From an uncultured virus (IMG/VR IMGVR_UViG_3300043908_006005) (lineage: Duplodnaviria; Heunggongvirae; Uroviricota; Caudoviricetes), in the IMG/VR virus record IMGVR_UViG_3300043908_006005: 64,000 nucleotides of DNA; one strand, 5' to 3'. The stretch's first letter is position 1. Each line of letters starts with the position of its first letter. Positions 8,680 to 18,808 of this stretch are shown here, one piece after another. Below the pieces are notes generated by a model that was not told the origin of the DNA, ran no database searches, and saw nothing but the letters and a program-made list of their open reading frames with translations. Both the position numbers and the translations under genes were made by a program.

Positions 8680-11600
8680 AGCTACCGTATGGTTTGATTA
8701 CTCAGAGGGAGGAGGTCCGTCTGCAGAAGATGTGTATCTAGTTTCTTTTGCTACTGGCGAACAGCCTTACAATAAAGAAGAGTCTTCTACAGAAGTTACT
8801 GGACCCATGGTCATGAAGACCGTTATAGTATCCGAATCTAAAATACACAAGGAAAAAGACTTTACTCTTGCTGATGAAGGGCATTCATTTTCCTTTGCTG
8901 AGAATCCCGAAGAAGAGAACTTATCGAGCTTTGACTCTTATACACAGATAAGCCAGAAAACACCGTTTTATTTTTTCAGGGGCGAGACATATAAACTCCA
9001 CATCAATGCTTCTTCAAAAGGCTTCTATCTACAAACAACGCCGAGCCTGATATACCAAGTAAGCGACCAATATACAGAAGGCATGTCGCCCTCCTATATA
9101 GTAGACACAGGAACAATAACCTGGAAAATACCAGATGATGCTCCAGGCCAAATTTATTATAGGGCAACTGGCTTTTACCCACTAACTCATAGTCACGACA
9201 TTACGACTGATGGAAGAAAAATACTTCCACACTACTCAATCTTCCTTTCAGGCTTTGCAAGCTCTTGGATTCGAGGCGACTATGCTATTAATTACTACAA
9301 CGACGTAGTAATAAATAATACAGAGCTATTTTTAGAAAACTATGGCAAAAAAGACGGCGCGGTGTTTCCAACTCTTGAGAGGGGAAGAAAATACAGCATA
9401 CACATAATAAACGGAGGACCGTATCCGTTCCCCTCAGTGTTTATTAGAATTCAGGACAGCAGCAGTTCATATGGTGCTGGCAATAATTATGATTCGGGGT
9501 TTGGTTGGTCTTATCCAACACTACACTGGACTGTTCCTATGGATGCCCCAAACAGGCTTTGGTTTAGGGTCTCTGGCGAAGATATGTCGTCTATTTATGA
9601 CCCTTACAACTATAGGTATATTGATATAGTAGACGCCGACTTGGAATATCAAGAGCAAAACCCTAAACAATGGTGGGGAGGAGTCAAATCCGAACACTTT
9701 TTCCAAATAGCAAATAAACCAGAGATAGATATTGATTACGAAATAGATTTTGATAATGTGAAGTTTGACAAATACTATAACTCTGGAGAGGTCATGCCTC
9801 ATCAACACATAGTTGTATTTAAAAAATCAACGTCAGTAAAGGTTACTAGACTTTTATCGTATGGGCTAGAAACTCCATATTTAGAATTTCCTCAAAGCAT
9901 AGAAAAAACCGTTGGAACAGAAATATTCCCAAGAGGCTCTAGAATTATTGTGGACAGAGGGATAAGAACAGGGTCAATGATTTCCTTCACTGCTGGAGAA
10001 GGGTCGGAGGTTTACTCAAACATACCTTTCAATAACATAGAATATTCTGGAACAACAATAGCCACAGGTTCAGTTGGTATATCTTCCCAAGGATTTCCCA
10101 ATAAAAAGGGGGATGCATATCAGCAAAGAACCATATCAGAAAAAGAAAAAATATACACAGACCCTGAAACGGGAGAAAAAATACCAGCAGACCCCGAAGA
10201 CGTAATTGAAGAAACACAAGTAGCCGGTTATGAAGACAGCGGCACACCAGACTCCCTTCCTCCTGCTGAAGTCAAAGACGCCTCTACTGGCAGCGAAAAT
10301 ATGCCGTGGCAGGAATCTTTTGTAGATTCTGGTGACGGTTCATGGCCGCTAACAAACACCGTTGTTGACTTGTTTGACGAATCCGTTTTAGAGGAATACA
10401 GCGAAGGTGGGTTTTCCGAAAACATTGTTCCACAAAATATCAAAGAAGTTGCTGATAGCAGCTATTCGGGCTCCTCTGGGGCAGGCTCTGGGTCAGGACG
10501 GGAGGGTTTTGCTACAGCAGACACGACTTATGTAGGCCTAATATCTTTTGACGTAACCAGAACAAACGACAGGTTCTGGGCTTTAAGATTTAATATCAGG
10601 GAGTCGATGGACGTAGCAGGTATGACAGCAGGAATGGAAGAATCTGGAGCAGGCTCTGGAAACCCTTTTGTATGGCATTCAAGTAACAGCGACTGGATTA
10701 ATGCAAAAAATATTGAGCTTGGAAAAAAGAGCGCATATTATAATGTTCCGATTTACTTAAAAATGACAAATCCTGTATTCAAATCTTTCGACGGCTGCGT
10801 TGGAGCAGAAGGCTCAACTATAGACTTCAAGTCTCTTGACTCTAGCAATATCAGCAAGCTAAGAACAAATACTACCTACGGATTTTACAAGAATCACAAA
10901 GACGTAAACACCTACAGAGAAGAAGACCCCTGGTTTCTATATGACACAAGAGCTTATACAGAACTTGCTGTCTACGAACCAAGCGAAACAACAATATGTA
11001 CACACTCGCTCAGATTCGGCGCTCCTTATTGGATTTTCTTTAGCGACTCATGGAATACGTTACAGTCATTATCTGATTCTCCGAAAACTAAAGGAAAACA
11101 AGCAGCCGTTTTATTCAGATGGCCCGTATTCGACAAAGCCGGTGCAGACTATGGAATGGCACCATACAATTCAGGAATGACCAGACCAGAGCCTAATGGG
11201 GAAAACGCATTCTTAGGCTATAGATGGATTTTAAGCTTGGGGGGAAGCATAGAACACCACAAAGTAATTGCAGCTACACAAATAGACACGACTCCAAAAC
11301 TACCGCCAAACCAAAGAGACATAATCTCAACGCAAACTAGATTCATCAATACAACCGGAGGAGGACCAGAGGGAACATTCTCAACACCACTAAACTCTGA
11401 TTTGTGGGATGACTACTACAGTGTTGGATTTTGGCCTTGGGATTCATCTGCCGTGTGGGATTTAGTGCCAGCGTTACCATGCCCATGGAAAATAGGAAAC
11501 GACGCATACCGAGGATACGAAAAAGATAAGGTGGTAGGAGTTTCTTCGCCAAGTATATATTTAGACGACAGGCAGACATGTATAGACTCTGGTCAAGGCA

Positions 11601-12460
11601 GAGGCTTGAGGTATCAAAAAGGATTGTCTGACGAGACATACCCAGGAGCGTTAGAATCAACGTCCGGCGAAAAATGCACTACAAATGAAATACTTAACCC
11701 AGCCGACGACGTTGTTTATCCTGAGACAGGAAAAATAACTCTGACTGAGGATGAACTTACAAAATTCAAGCTCATAGCCATGAACAGTGAGTTTGGGGGC
11801 GCTCATGATATAGCGAAGTGGGTTGGGGACGTTAATATCAAGGTTCATTGGGTTGCCAATGACGGAACCTCCTTAACTCCAACTGCCGGAGACATAGACG
11901 AAATAAAAAGCATTGCGTCAGAGATAAATAGTCTGACGCAAGGAATAACAGTAAACGTAATAACTGGAGGTGTAGTGGACGAATGTGAAACTTATGGAGA
12001 CCTTCCTGGGGATGAAACAAATCCAGATGTTCATTACGGAGTCAGTGTGCTCGGAACAAGAGGATGCTCTACAATTCCATCAAACGTTAATTTTAATATT
12101 TACATAACAACACGAAATAGATACGCTCTCATTAATCCGTCCGCAAGTTCTTATGTAAGCGGCAATAACGGATTGGTTTATATTGCCTGGGGAAATGGTA
12201 TTATACAAGAGGCCAGTTGTTTTATTTGGGAAAACATAACAGGTACGCGAAGATTCCACATTATTAGGGAAGAGATGATACAAGCATTTGGATTGCTTAA
12301 CGACAGCAATACCCTTGGAATAGACAGTATATTTTACCAAGGTTATTCTGGTGTTGCAACGAGCTTCTCAGATATAGACAGAAAGATTATCTCTACTTTG
12401 TATGACCCATCGGTTACACCTGGAATGACAGAATCAGAAATAGACGAGCTATTAGGATGA
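8654..12460 (+). CDS. large multidomain protein: two cupredoxin-like repeats and a C-terminal DUF2927-like (zincin-like) domain
   Basis: RGETY..ITWKIPDDAPGQIYY and RGRKY..LHWTVPMDAPNRLWF repeats; IREEMIQAFGLLNDS..SIFYQ..DRKIISTLYDP..PGMT; start codon uncertain. Confidence 0.65.
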   Translation: MDAVADDVKATVWFDYSEGGGPSAEDVYLVSFATGEQPYNKEESSTEVTGPMVMKTVIVSESKIHKEKDFTLADEGHSFSFAENPEEENLSSFDSYTQISQKTPFYFFRGETYKLHINASSKGFYLQTTPSLIYQVSDQYTEGMSPSYIVDTGTITWKIPDDAPGQIYYRATGFYPLTHSHDITTDGRKILPHYSIFLSGFASSWIRGDYAINYYNDVVINNTELFLENYGKKDGAVFPTLERGRKYSIHIINGGPYPFPSVFIRIQDSSSSYGAGNNYDSGFGWSYPTLHWTVPMDAPNRLWFRVSGEDMSSIYDPYNYRYIDIVDADLEYQEQNPKQWWGGVKSEHFFQIANKPEIDIDYEIDFDNVKFDKYYNSGEVMPHQHIVVFKKSTSVKVTRLLSYGLETPYLEFPQSIEKTVGTEIFPRGSRIIVDRGIRTGSMISFTAGEGSEVYSNIPFNNIEYSGTTIATGSVGISSQGFPNKKGDAYQQRTISEKEKIYTDPETGEKIPADPEDVIEETQVAGYEDSGTPDSLPPAEVKDASTGSENMPWQESFVDSGDGSWPLTNTVVDLFDESVLEEYSEGGFSENIVPQNIKEVADSSYSGSSGAGSGSGREGFATADTTYVGLISFDVTRTNDRFWALRFNIRESMDVAGMTAGMEESGAGSGNPFVWHSSNSDWINAKNIELGKKSAYYNVPIYLKMTNPVFKSFDGCVGAEGSTIDFKSLDSSNISKLRTNTTYGFYKNHKDVNTYREEDPWFLYDTRAYTELAVYEPSETTICTHSLRFGAPYWIFFSDSWNTLQSLSDSPKTKGKQAAVLFRWPVFDKAGADYGMAPYNSGMTRPEPNGENAFLGYRWILSLGGSIEHHKVIAATQIDTTPKLPPNQRDIISTQTRFINTTGGGPEGTFSTPLNSDLWDDYYSVGFWPWDSSAVWDLVPALPCPWKIGNDAYRGYEKDKVVGVSSPSIYLDDRQTCIDSGQGRGLRYQKGLSDETYPGALESTSGEKCTTNEILNPADDVVYPETGKITLTEDELTKFKLIAMNSEFGGAHDIAKWVGDVNIKVHWVANDGTSLTPTAGDIDEIKSIASEINSLTQGITVNVITGGVVDECETYGDLPGDETNPDVHYGVSVLGTRGCSTIPSNVNFNIYITTRNRYALINPSASSYVSGNNGLVYIAWGNGIIQEASCFIWENITGTRRFHIIREEMIQAFGLLNDSNTLGIDSIFYQGYSGVATSFSDIDRKIISTLYDPSVTPGMTESEIDELLG

Positions 12461-12759
12461 GAATAGAAATACTAAAAGACACTATTGCGGAAAAAGTCTC
12501 TATATCTATAGAAGATGGAAAAATGAAGATTAATAAAGAAGATGTGAAGCTAAAGTCCGGAGATATTTTTGATGGAAACGAAAACACATCTATAAGGCCG
12601 CCGAAAGATAACAAAATAGAAATAAAGATGTCTGACAACTCAAGTTTAACAAACATACCTGCTGAAAACGTAAAAATTGAACAGAACACACGAGGCAGTA
12701 ATCTACCCAAGCGAAAAAAAGGATGTGGCGGCTGTGCCCAAAAAAGAAAAAGAAAATGA
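12457..12759 (+). CDS. hypothetical protein with KRKKGCGGC tail
   Basis: ATGA overlaps at both ends; resembles 8329..8679. Confidence 0.7.
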   Translation: MRIEILKDTIAEKVSISIEDGKMKINKEDVKLKSGDIFDGNENTSIRPPKDNKIEIKMSDNSSLTNIPAENVKIEQNTRGSNLPKRKKGCGGCAQKRKRK

Positions 12760-13235
12760 ACGAGTCAGACGAAAAACATTTAAAGTCTCTATTGAGACAT
12801 ATCGAGAATGTGCGGCAAGCGTGTCTAATGCTTGGAGAAACAATTATAGAGTCGGGAAGAGAGTCGTTTGGAATAAAGTTAATTGCCAACGGGCAGATAC
12901 ACGATTGTTCTAAGTTTAGTGGGCCAGAATGGACTTACTTAAGGCCGGAGTTTTTTGATTCAGATAATAAAAAAATGTTTGAATTAGCTCAACAGAATCA
13001 CGTTATGACAAACCCGCATCATCCAGAATACTGGGGAGGCATAGACAAAATGCCAGAGATATACCTAGCAGAGATGAGTTGCGATTGGTATGCTAGGTCA
13101 CAGGAGCAGGGCAGCGACATAAGGAACTGGATAAAAGACAAAGCAACAAAAAAATTCAATATGAAAGTACAATCTAAGGTTTACAAAGAAATTAAATACT
13201 TTATAGATATACTGTTAGACCAATCATTTAAATAA
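12756..13235 (+). CDS. DUF5662-like HD-type protein
   Basis: RHIENV, HDCSKF, NPHHPEYW and EMSCDW motifs. Confidence 0.7.
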   Translation: MNESDEKHLKSLLRHIENVRQACLMLGETIIESGRESFGIKLIANGQIHDCSKFSGPEWTYLRPEFFDSDNKKMFELAQQNHVMTNPHHPEYWGGIDKMPEIYLAEMSCDWYARSQEQGSDIRNWIKDKATKKFNMKVQSKVYKEIKYFIDILLDQSFK

Positions 13236-13245
13236 GGGATGTAAA

Positions 13246-13458
13246 ATGGAACAACCAAACACTTTCGCTCTCTTCATGCAAAGTGTCAGAGACAACGAAA
13301 GCCTTTTAAAGTTTTACTCAAAAAATAATTGCCCTGACTGTTACGGAAGGGGATGGATTGAATTTAAACAACCAGGAGAAGAAACTCAAAAATATATGTG
13401 CAACTGCGCTGTAAAAAGAGTTAAGAAAGAGTACGAGAACAATGGGAAAAACATATAG
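13246..13458 (+). CDS. small Zn-binding protein
   Basis: CPDCYGRG...CNC. Confidence 0.65.
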   Translation: MEQPNTFALFMQSVRDNESLLKFYSKNNCPDCYGRGWIEFKQPGEETQKYMCNCAVKRVKKEYENNGKNI

Positions 13459-13594
13459 AAGAGAAAATAGAAGCGATAGAAATAAAAAGAAGTCCAGGGA
13501 AGACCGGAAAAGCAGGAAAAGGGCTAAAGATGATTTTTTCACAGAAAACTCACAAATATTCACAAGAAGCCAAAAAACAAAACGTTCCGGTTGA
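13442..13594 (+). CDS. small basic protein, 50 aa (absent from ORF track)
   Basis: Manual translation MGKTYRRENRSDRNKKKSREDRKSRKRAKDDFFTENSQIFTRSQKTKRSG fills the gap between neighbouring genes. Confidence 0.5.
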   Translation: MGKTYRRENRSDRNKKKSREDRKSRKRAKDDFFTENSQIFTRSQKTKRSG

Positions 13595-14078
13595 CAAGCC
13601 AAGCTGGACTGAGTATTTTATAGCGATGGCGTCACTTGCCAGCGTAAGAAGCTGTGATTCGCAAACTAAGCATGGATGTGTGATAACTGATGAAAATCAC
13701 AGGGTTTTGGGAATAGGCTATAACAGCTTTCCTAAAGGGATGCCTGACAACAAACTCCCAAACACTAGACCGTATAAATATAAGTGGATGGTTCACGCTG
13801 AACGAAATGCTCTGGCAAATTGTTCCCTTAGACCAGAGAATGGAATAGCTTATATAACCGGAAGACCCTGTATTGAATGTGTAAAATCCATGTATCAAGA
13901 AGGCATAAGTAATCTAGTCTGCTTGGATTCTCACGGGACTCATTTGCTTGATGAAGAAGAAGAGGCAATATTTGAAATGCTGTGTTCTGAAGGCAACATA
14001 AAAGTTGAATGGATAACAGATAAAAAAATTAAAAATTTACATAAAAAAATTGCTCAATCTTTTCAAAATGTAGTGTAG
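13530..14078 (+). CDS. dCMP deaminase
   Basis: GIGYN, VHAERNA and PCIEC zinc motifs; WTEYF N-terminal motif. Confidence 0.9.
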   Translation: MIFSQKTHKYSQEAKKQNVPVDKPSWTEYFIAMASLASVRSCDSQTKHGCVITDENHRVLGIGYNSFPKGMPDNKLPNTRPYKYKWMVHAERNALANCSLRPENGIAYITGRPCIECVKSMYQEGISNLVCLDSHGTHLLDEEEEAIFEMLCSEGNIKVEWITDKKIKNLHKKIAQSFQNVV

Positions 14079-14087
14079 ATATAGAAT

Positions 14088-14288
14088 ATGTCAAAATTAA
14101 ATTTCAATAACAATTCCGAGGACTCACCGAAGATAGAGATTATCTTGCAAGTCAGAGACCACAACGGAAATCCCACCGGAAAAACAAGCAGCTATCGTTC
14201 CGACGATTACTCCAAAGCCTCTCAGTGGTATACAAGACAAACACCTAAAAAAAGAAAAAAGAAAAGAAAAAAGGGAAATAATAAGTGA
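14088..14288 (+). CDS. small hypothetical protein with Lys-rich tail
   Basis: Stop overlaps the nrdJ start (TGATG). Confidence 0.6.
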   Translation: MSKLNFNNNSEDSPKIEIILQVRDHNGNPTGKTSSYRSDDYSKASQWYTRQTPKKRKKKRKKGNNK

Positions 14289-16771
14289 TGTACGGATATC
14301 AAGAAGCGCTAGATGCGTCAACAGAGTATTTTAACGGAGACGAATTGGCCGCAAAAGTTTTTGTAGACAAATACGCATTAAGAGACAATGAAAAAAATCT
14401 TTTAGAAAAAACTCCTGACGACATGCATTTACGTATAGCCGCAGAGATAGCTAGGGTAGAAAGAGCAAAATACAAAGACACAAAAATAAAGCCGTTGTCT
14501 AAACAGCAAGTTTATGAGTACCTCAAGGGGTTTGAGAAGATTATTCCGCAGGGAAGTCCTATGTACGGAATAGGTAATACTAACCAATGTGTAACTCTAT
14601 CTAATTGCTATGTTCTTGATTCACCAGAGGATAGTTATGGTGGGATTCACTGGACAGATGAGCAGATTACTCAAATTTCCAAAAGAAGAGGCGGTGTAGG
14701 TATTGATATTTCTAAGCTGAGGCCAGTTGGTGAAATAACAAAGAACTCATCACGCACTACCAGCGGTATTGCAAGCTGGATGGAGAGGTTTTCAAACAGC
14801 ACAAGAGAAGTGGGTCAAGATGGTCGTCGAGGCGCACAGATGCAATCTATTAGCGTTCACCACCCAGAAGTCCTTACTTTTGCTAATATCAAAAAAGACA
14901 GAACAAAAGTAACTGGAGCTAACATATCTATTAGACTCACAGACGAATTTCTTAAAGCGGTATATAGCGATAGTAATTATGAGCAAAGATGGCCGGTTGA
15001 CTCTGACGAACCAAAGATTAGTCAGAAGGTTTCTGCTAGGGAAGTCTGGCGTCAGATAATTGAAAATGCGCATGATAATGCCGAGCCAGGACTATTGTTT
15101 TGGGATAACGTGATACAGAACAGTCCCGCTGACTGCTACCCAGAAGAAGGGTTTCAAACTATCTCTACTAACCCATGCTCAGAACTTCCTCTTTCTGCTT
15201 TAGACTCATGCAGACTACTTCTACTAAACTTATTTGCCTATGTAAAAGAGCCGTTCACAAACAAGGCTTATTTTGACTATCAAGAATTCTTTAAAGACGC
15301 TAAGATTGCACAAAGGATGATGGATGACATCATAGACCTTGAAATTGAGGCTATAGAGCGAATCATTAAAAAGATTGAGTCTGACCCAGAGTCAAAAGAT
15401 ATTAAAGCTAGAGAGATTAATATGTGGCGCAGAATCTACGACAACTGCAAGAACGGCAGAAGAACGGGTCTTGGGATTACGGCCCTTGGAGACACAATTG
15501 CCGCTATTGGATTCAAGTATGCTAGCGAGCGGAGCATTCAGGAAACAGACCAAATTTTTAAGACGCTCAAGTTTGCCTCATACATTTCGTCTGTGGAGAT
15601 GGCAGAAGACCTTGGCGCATTCCCCGTATGGGACTACGACAAGGAGGCTGGAAACAAATTCTTGAAAAGGATGTATAGCGAGAAGCTAGACTTTGGCGGA
15701 CTAGATATTAAGGGTAAGGATATTCTTGATAAGGCGAAACAAGTGGGCCGCAGAAACATATCCAACCTAACATGCGCCCCTGCTGGAAGCGTAAGTATTG
15801 AGTGCCAAACCACCAGCGGTATCGAGCCTATGTTCATGCCTTCCTATACAAGGAAGAAGAAGGGGTATCCTTCTGACTCAGACTTCAGAACAGACGAGGT
15901 TGACCAGAATGGAGACCACTGGATGTACTTCAAAGTGTACCACCCAAAGCTACAAGACTGGATGGCCGTGAACCCAGGCAAAGAATTTGAAGACTCTCCT
16001 TGGTTCGGAGCTTGCGCAGAAGACTTAAACTGGAAGCAAAGAGTGAAACTTCAAGCTGCGGCACAACAGCATATCGACCATGCTATTAGCTCTACTCTAA
16101 ATCTACCAGAAGATGTTTCTGTTGAACAGGTGGAAGAGATTTATGAAGAAGCCTGGGAAAGAGGCTGTAAGGGAATTACCGTATACAGAAAGAATTGCAG
16201 GACTGGTGTTCTCGTAGAAGAAGCCAAACAAAAGCAGGGAGAAGAAACTGTCGAGGAAACAGTCGAAGACGAGAAAAGGCCTAAAGAGCTACCCTGCGAT
16301 GTCTACCATATCAGTGTTCGTCACAATCAATACTTTGTTTTAGTTGGATTAAAAGACGGAAATCCATACGAGGTATTTGCTGGAAAGAACGGCTTTCTTA
16401 ACAAGAATATCAAAAGCGGAAAGATAATTAAAAGAAGAAAGAAGGTCTACAGGGCTGAGTTTGATGATGACCATGGAACAGAACTCTCGCCAATTACCGC
16501 TGCTTGCACGGACCATGAAGAAACAATCACTAGACTTATATCTGGCTATTTAAGACTTGGCGTTGACATGCACTTTATCGTCCAACAACTAGAGAAAGTT
16601 GATGGTGAGATGCATTGTTTTGCCAAGAGCGTGTCTAGAGCCTTAAAGAAATATATTCCTGACGGAACAGAAGAGAAGGGGGAGGCTTGCCCTGAGTGTG
16701 GGTCGTCCCCAATTGTTCGTCAGGAGGGATGCGTTACTTGTTTGTCATGTGGGTGGAGCAAGTGCCTATGA
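14288..16771 (+). CDS. nrdJ: class II (adenosylcobalamin-dependent) ribonucleotide reductase
   Basis: LSNCYV, RRGAQM, EPGLLF, TNPCSE (thiyl Cys), RRTGLG, APAGS, SGIEP, AISSTLN, KGITVYR; C-terminal CPEC...CLSCGWSKC; no small-subunit gene adjacent. Confidence 0.9.
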   Translation: MYGYQEALDASTEYFNGDELAAKVFVDKYALRDNEKNLLEKTPDDMHLRIAAEIARVERAKYKDTKIKPLSKQQVYEYLKGFEKIIPQGSPMYGIGNTNQCVTLSNCYVLDSPEDSYGGIHWTDEQITQISKRRGGVGIDISKLRPVGEITKNSSRTTSGIASWMERFSNSTREVGQDGRRGAQMQSISVHHPEVLTFANIKKDRTKVTGANISIRLTDEFLKAVYSDSNYEQRWPVDSDEPKISQKVSAREVWRQIIENAHDNAEPGLLFWDNVIQNSPADCYPEEGFQTISTNPCSELPLSALDSCRLLLLNLFAYVKEPFTNKAYFDYQEFFKDAKIAQRMMDDIIDLEIEAIERIIKKIESDPESKDIKAREINMWRRIYDNCKNGRRTGLGITALGDTIAAIGFKYASERSIQETDQIFKTLKFASYISSVEMAEDLGAFPVWDYDKEAGNKFLKRMYSEKLDFGGLDIKGKDILDKAKQVGRRNISNLTCAPAGSVSIECQTTSGIEPMFMPSYTRKKKGYPSDSDFRTDEVDQNGDHWMYFKVYHPKLQDWMAVNPGKEFEDSPWFGACAEDLNWKQRVKLQAAAQQHIDHAISSTLNLPEDVSVEQVEEIYEEAWERGCKGITVYRKNCRTGVLVEEAKQKQGEETVEETVEDEKRPKELPCDVYHISVRHNQYFVLVGLKDGNPYEVFAGKNGFLNKNIKSGKIIKRRKKVYRAEFDDDHGTELSPITAACTDHEETITRLISGYLRLGVDMHFIVQQLEKVDGEMHCFAKSVSRALKKYIPDGTEEKGEACPECGSSPIVRQEGCVTCLSCGWSKCL

Positions 16772-17346
16772 GTGTTACTGGATGGGAGAATATACACGGA
16801 TGGTTTAGGCTTAGCGATTCAAAGATACATGAGATGGCTGCTCAAAGATTTGAAGATGGCTCAATATTTGTCGAAATAGGCTGCTTTAAGGGCAGAAGCT
16901 GCTTGTCTATGGTGTCAAGTATTATTAATTCTGGAAAAAAGATAGATTTTTTTTGCGTAGACCATTTTGAGGGGTCCGTCGAGCATCAAGCTGGCGCGGC
17001 TAATGAAGACAATTCTGTGGTTAATAAAACCCTATATCAAGAATACCTTAGCAATATAGAGCCATACAAAAAATACATAAATACCATGAAGATGTCCTCG
17101 GAAGAGGCTTGCTTTTCGTTTGATGATATTTCCATAGACTTTGTTTATATAGACGCAAGCCATGACTATGAAAATGTTAGCAAAGACATTGACATGTGGA
17201 GCAAGAAAGTTAAGCCTGGAGGCATTATCTCCGGTCACGATTGGGACTCGAAACCGGTAGAAGAAGCCGTTAAAGATTTTTGCACAAAAAATAATCTGCG
17301 ATGCGCAAACCAATACGGCAGCTCTTGGCACATAGAGAAAGGATAG
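16768..17346 (+). CDS. class I SAM-dependent methyltransferase (Methyltransf_24-like)
   Basis: VEIGCFKGRS, YIDASHDY, KPGGIISGHD. Confidence 0.85.
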   Translation: MSVTGWENIHGWFRLSDSKIHEMAAQRFEDGSIFVEIGCFKGRSCLSMVSSIINSGKKIDFFCVDHFEGSVEHQAGAANEDNSVVNKTLYQEYLSNIEPYKKYINTMKMSSEEACFSFDDISIDFVYIDASHDYENVSKDIDMWSKKVKPGGIISGHDWDSKPVEEAVKDFCTKNNLRCANQYGSSWHIEKG

Positions 17347-17350
17347 GAAT

Positions 17351-17722
17351 ATGCCTACGTATGTATTTAGATGCGAAGAGTGCGAGCATGAGCTTGAGGT
17401 TGAGCAAAGCATAAAAAAGCCCACGCCAAACAGAAAAAAATGCCCTGAATGCGGAAAAAATAAATTAGAAAGACTTTTATTTGCTCCACACGTTTACAAT
17501 AAGCCAGGAGATGATAGCATAACACTAGGCCTTCTGTCAGATAGAAACGCGGAAAGGCTTTCCTCTGACCAAAAAGAGGCGATAGACAAGAAAAACGGCG
17601 TAAAAAGAAAGAAGCAGCCCAGCAAAAAGAATTTCTGGGATACCTCAAGCAAGGATATGAAGAAAATATCTGAGATGACGCCTTCGCAACAGAAAAAATA
17701 TATAGAAACGGGCGAAAAATGA
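17351..17722 (+). CDS. FmdB-family zinc-ribbon protein
   Basis: MPTYVFRCEEC...CPECG. Confidence 0.85.
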   Translation: MPTYVFRCEECEHELEVEQSIKKPTPNRKKCPECGKNKLERLLFAPHVYNKPGDDSITLGLLSDRNAERLSSDQKEAIDKKNGVKRKKQPSKKNFWDTSSKDMKKISEMTPSQQKKYIETGEK

Positions 17723-18108
17723 CAGAACAAGAAATCGACGCACAAGAGTCCGATGTACATGAAAGAATATACCTAAAGGGAGAAACAGGCATATCTTTTG
17801 ATATAGGCATTTGCGTTTACAAGCAATACTTGAACGAAAAGGGCGTTAAGCTTCCCGAAGACATCTGGCAAGACTTTGAATCGTTTACAATAAATATACC
17901 AGAAACTAAAAACGAAGAAGCCATTGATTCTTGCAAAAAAAAACTTCAGCAGCTAAAAGAGGCCCTTGAAGTAGATAAACATATATCGGAAGGCGAAGTC
18001 AAGTGGGATGAGGCAGAAATCCATCCAGACGACAAAAAGAGGCTCGATGGCAGCAAACAAACGCCTGACATGGAAGATTTTGACACGGAGAAAAAAGAAA
18101 ATGAGTGA
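17719..18108 (+). CDS. acidic hypothetical protein
   Basis: ATGA-coupled ORF. Confidence 0.65.
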   Translation: MTEQEIDAQESDVHERIYLKGETGISFDIGICVYKQYLNEKGVKLPEDIWQDFESFTINIPETKNEEAIDSCKKKLQQLKEALEVDKHISEGEVKWDEAEIHPDDKKRLDGSKQTPDMEDFDTEKKENE

Positions 18109-18379
18109 TGAAGAAGCTTTCACAATTGAATGCTCGAATTGCGCAAAGCCGTTGTCGGAAGTCTGGGCCTTGCCACCCAAAGATGGCTCCAACCCCAATA
18201 AGAACGTAACCATAGTTGTTAAATGTCCTTGGTGTGGAGACAAGTCTTGGGCAAAAAAAACCACAGGGAGATTTGCTTTCGGAGACACAGTACATTCACG
18301 AATAGAAAATGTTGAATCCGAAATTGACGAAGACGGAAGCGAACGTCTTACTGTAATAACCGGAAAGGGAACAGAATAA
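18101..18379 (+). CDS. zinc-ribbon hypothetical protein
   Basis: CSNC...CPWC. Confidence 0.65.
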   Translation: MSDEEAFTIECSNCAKPLSEVWALPPKDGSNPNKNVTIVVKCPWCGDKSWAKKTTGRFAFGDTVHSRIENVESEIDEDGSERLTVITGKGTE

Positions 18380-18808
18380 ATGGAGATAGGTAAATTCACA
18401 ACATCCATAACAAGTGGAACGGCTGGAGTTGACTCTGGTGGAGAAGTTGTTTCTTCTGCTGGATACACAGCGCAAGTAACAGAAAGAGACAGTAAGGGCA
18501 AATACGTCTTTGATAAGCCCAAGGAAGTTGACCCAGAAAGCCAAGATTGTTACGCAAAAGAGAGCCTATTCAAAAACGCTCAAGGAGAGGAAAGAAAAAG
18601 ATATTACATCAAGCATAATTCCCATGGCACAATGTTTAATCCTTGGGGAATGTTTGACGAAGGAACGCATGGACAATTCGACAAAAATAGAGGCAAACTT
18701 TCTTGGACATTCAAAGAAGTCTCCAAACAGTGTTTTGACTTCTACTGTCGATTCTTGCAGTCCAAAAATAGTGCGTGGTTCAAAAATGCAGAAAGAGAGA
18801 AAAACTAA
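18380..18808 (+). CDS. hypothetical protein
   Basis: ORF abutting both neighbours. Confidence 0.65.
   Translation: MEIGKFTTSITSGTAGVDSGGEVVSSAGYTAQVTERDSKGKYVFDKPKEVDPESQDCYAKESLFKNAQGEERKRYYIKHNSHGTMFNPWGMFDEGTHGQFDKNRGKLSWTFKEVSKQCFDFYCRFLQSKNSAWFKNAEREKN

Noticed and set aside
13530..14078. Uracil-containing genome suggested by dCMP deaminase
   Set aside because: The phage encodes an apparently intact uracil-DNA glycosylase; the deaminase more simply feeds dTMP synthesis
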